A DNA stretch of 10,159 nt, from the NCBI GenBank assembly GCA_041746575.1, contig JBGTGT010000068.1, forward strand, positions 1 to 10,159. Direction: 5' to 3'. A program made the position numbers and the translations under genes. The notes beneath the pieces are model-generated. The model was given only the letters and a program-made list of their open reading frames with translations, searched no databases and was not told where the DNA came from. Below, piece by piece: positions 8,364 through 10,159 of the stretch. Numbering within the stretch: the first letter of the stretch is position 1; the number at the start of each line of letters is the position of its first letter. Source of the stretch: Microcystaceae cyanobacterium (GTDB taxonomy: Bacteria; Cyanobacteriota; Cyanobacteriia; Cyanobacteriales; Microcystaceae).

Positions 8364-8564
8364 TTAAAGATGACCCTTTTTCTTTAACCATAAAACATAA
8401 ACAAAGGCAACTGTGCCACCTATTAAGCCAATCACTAACCAGCGACCATAAGAATAACCCTTTTGCTTTGCAATTAATGCGGCAATTCCACCCATTAAAC
8501 AATGAAACCACAATAGAAAATAAGCAAGGTCGTTGAATTGAAAATCAGCTAAAGATACATTCAT
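8364..8564 (-). CDS. Small hypothetical membrane protein (66 aa, two predicted TM helices)
   Basis: Two hydrophobic stretches separated by AKQKGYS, with a basic C-terminus. Same strand as the permease and 48 bp upstream of it. Confidence 0.7.
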   Translation of the reverse strand: MNVSLADFQFNDLAYFLLWFHCLMGGIAALIAKQKGYSYGRWLVIGLIGGTVAFVYVLWLKKKGHL

Positions 8565-8991
8565 CGTAATCGAACTATCAAAGATTCATTTAATCTTTTT
8601 AAATCATATCTTAGATCAACCGCTTGTGGAATTCAGAAATTCTGGTGTAAGAAAGAAAAAAATAGGGTATTGGGAATCTATGAAAAATACTAAAGGAAAA
8701 TGGAGAATTAACTCAAGTGATCGCTGATTAAACTATCACGATATCGAGATAACAGGTAAAATTAAGGCAAAAGACGGGGATAAGACTGACTCTACTGACG
8801 GCAAAATAGACTGTTTAAACGCGTCTTAGTCTATTTAAGGTTTGTTGTTGTTGTATTCTATATCGTCGCACTTTACTTTAAGCGAATAAAAGAAGGGTGA
8901 GGAGAAAAAATAAAGGTAATTCGGCAATAAAGTCTATTTGAGGAAATTCATCCCCTTAAGTGAGTTATTTTGAGGATCAGCATCGGTTTTC

Positions 8992-9123
8992 TTACCGATT
9001 TCTCCGATTTTGCTGTTTTTCACATTTTTTGAGACTTTCAAGTTTTTGGTGAATTCGTTCATCAATAGCAGATAATTGATAAACGACGCAGGATACAGTG
9101 GATTGACATTGTTGACAAATCAT
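8992..9123 (-). CDS. Putative 43-aa Cys-rich small protein (not in supplied ORF track)
   Basis: Manual translation from ATG (9121-9123) to TAA (8992-8994): MICQQCQSTVSCVVYQLSAIDERIHQKLESLKKCEKQQNRRNR. N-terminal CxxC; no clear SD sequence. Confidence 0.4.
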   Translation of the reverse strand: MICQQCQSTVSCVVYQLSAIDERIHQKLESLKKCEKQQNRRNR

Positions 9124-9192
9124 AGCAGTCTAAGATTAGGAAACCTTATCATTTGTATAAACATATTAAAACACACTTTCTTAAAAAGAGAC

Positions 9193-9234
9193 GTTAACTA
9201 CATTACAAAACCCTTAAGAAATCAATCATAATTT
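9193..9234 (+). promoter_or_regulatory. Putative NtcA-type promoter upstream of the HAD hydrolase
   Basis: GTT-N8-TAC (9193-9206; one mismatch to GTA-N8-TAC), a 22-nt spacer, then TAATTT (TA-N3-T, 9229-9234). Confidence 0.4.
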
Positions 9235-9248
9235 TTCATTTTACCGTT

Positions 9249-10025
9249 ATGTTACTCATCTCCTTAAGTGAATTGATGCTCAAGTTAGCCAAAATACGTC
9301 TTATTGCCACCGATATGGATGGAACTTTAACGCAAAAAGATAAATTTACCCCAAAATTACTAGATACCCTAACCTATCTTGCCTTAGATCAGATTCCTGT
9401 TCTTATTATTACAGGACGATCCGCCGGATGGACAGAAGGACTTTTTCACTATTTACCGATTGTAGGAGTGATCGCAGAAAATGGCGGCGTTTTTTATCAT
9501 TTAGATCATCCCTCTCCGCAATACTTAACTCCTATCAAGAATCTTAGGGAGCATCGCCAAGATTTAGCTTATACTTTTGAGATTTTACGCTCTTTTTATC
9601 CTCATTTACAAGAATCTTCGGATAATCGCTACCGTCTAACCGATTGGACGTTCAGTGTAGAAACCTTAAATTTTCAAGAAATTGAGCATCTAAAAACGTT
9701 GACTGAGGAAAATGGCTGGAGTTTTACTTATAGCACCGTACAATGTCATATTAAACCTCCTCACCAAGATAAAGCAACAGGATTAAAGCAAGTATTAGAA
9801 AAATATTTCACTCATTATACTCTCGATCAAGTCTTAACGATTGGGGATAGTTCTAATGATGAACCGTTATTTAATTCTGCCCTGTTTCCTCTATCGGTAG
9901 GAGTCGCCAATCTTTTAACTTATCTTGATAAATTGACTTATCACCCAACTTATACCACTAGACAATCAGAAATTGATGGTTTTGGGGAAGTTATTGAATT
10001 ACTAAGACAATCTAAAAGAACGTGA
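9249..10025 (+). CDS. HAD-superfamily hydrolase, subfamily IIB (Cof/sucrose-phosphatase-like)
   Basis: Motif I ATDMDGTLT, motif II ITGR, IAENGG, motif III DK, motif IV IGDSSND, and SVGVAN. The ATG at 9276 is a plausible alternative start. Confidence 0.9.
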   Translation: MLLISLSELMLKLAKIRLIATDMDGTLTQKDKFTPKLLDTLTYLALDQIPVLIITGRSAGWTEGLFHYLPIVGVIAENGGVFYHLDHPSPQYLTPIKNLREHRQDLAYTFEILRSFYPHLQESSDNRYRLTDWTFSVETLNFQEIEHLKTLTEENGWSFTYSTVQCHIKPPHQDKATGLKQVLEKYFTHYTLDQVLTIGDSSNDEPLFNSALFPLSVGVANLLTYLDKLTYHPTYTTRQSEIDGFGEVIELLRQSKRT

Positions 10026-10076
10026 GTTCGACCCTCAAAAAATCCACAAGCCTTCTTTATTTGATTTTTTTGTGCA

Positions 10077-10135
10077 GGGGGTACGGGGGAGGCACTCCGT
10101 CCCCCGTTGGGGGGTTTGGGGGGCTAGTCCCCCAA
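10077..10135. repeat. Two tandem G/C-rich REP-like palindromic units
   Basis: Unit 1: GGGGGT then ACGGGGGA/TCCCCCGT (10083-10107). Unit 2: GGGGGGT then TTGGGGG/CCCCCAA (10116-10135). Confidence 0.65.
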
Positions 10136-10159
10136 TCAAGAATTTGTTTTTCTTTCCTA

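Larger units (their letters stand above)
8948..9274. repeat. Imperfect 19-bp direct repeat pair
   Basis: TCATCCCCTTAAGTGAGTT (8948-8966) and TCATCTCCTTAAGTGAATT (9256-9274); 17/19 identical. Confidence 0.6.

Noticed and set aside
4610..8536. Short ORFs 4610-4798, 5288-5506, 6436-6624, 6939-7130 and 8348-8536
   Set aside because: Alternative-frame or antisense ORFs within or overlapping better-supported genes.
8680..8727. 15-aa + strand ORF MKNTKGKWRINSSDR
   Set aside because: Too short, with no motif or supporting signal.
8895..8905. GGGTGAGGAG resembling the Yfr1/Yfr2 ACTCCTCACAC motif
   Set aside because: Imperfect match, and it lacks the flanking hairpins of those sRNAs.
9055..9095. CGTTCATC...GACG resembling the start of the glutamine-II (downstream-peptide) riboswitch
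   Set aside because: The expected GACGGAAGTA-like segment is absent (the sequence reads GACGCAGGAT), no adjacent + strand small ORF fits, and the stem pairs better on the minus strand.

Overview
AT-rich cyanobacterial chromosomal segment, with five HIP1 octamers (GCGATCGC), all in host genes. It opens with an IS200/IS605-family element carrying an apparently intact RNA-guided nuclease gene tnpB (166-1356), a structured omega-RNA-like 3' region and a right end ending in TCAA (1405). No tnpA is visible, and bases 1-138 look like the end of a second IS sitting just upstream of tnpB. The element's terminal TCAA supplies the TGA stop codon of the convergent cofG gene, so the predicted TnpB guide is antisense to the last cofG codons. 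The remaining genes are cofG (-), msrA and a Xi-class GST (+), purM (-), ruvB (-), a metallophosphoesterase (-), a carbohydrate ABC permease (-), a small membrane protein (-) and a HAD-IIB hydrolase (+). A ~680 bp 'intergenic' region before the HAD gene holds an unannotated 43-aa Cys-rich ORF bracketed by 19-bp direct repeats, several hairpins and an NtcA-like promoter. Two tandem G/C-rich REP-like hairpins close the window. All calls come from reading motifs by eye; no database searches were run.
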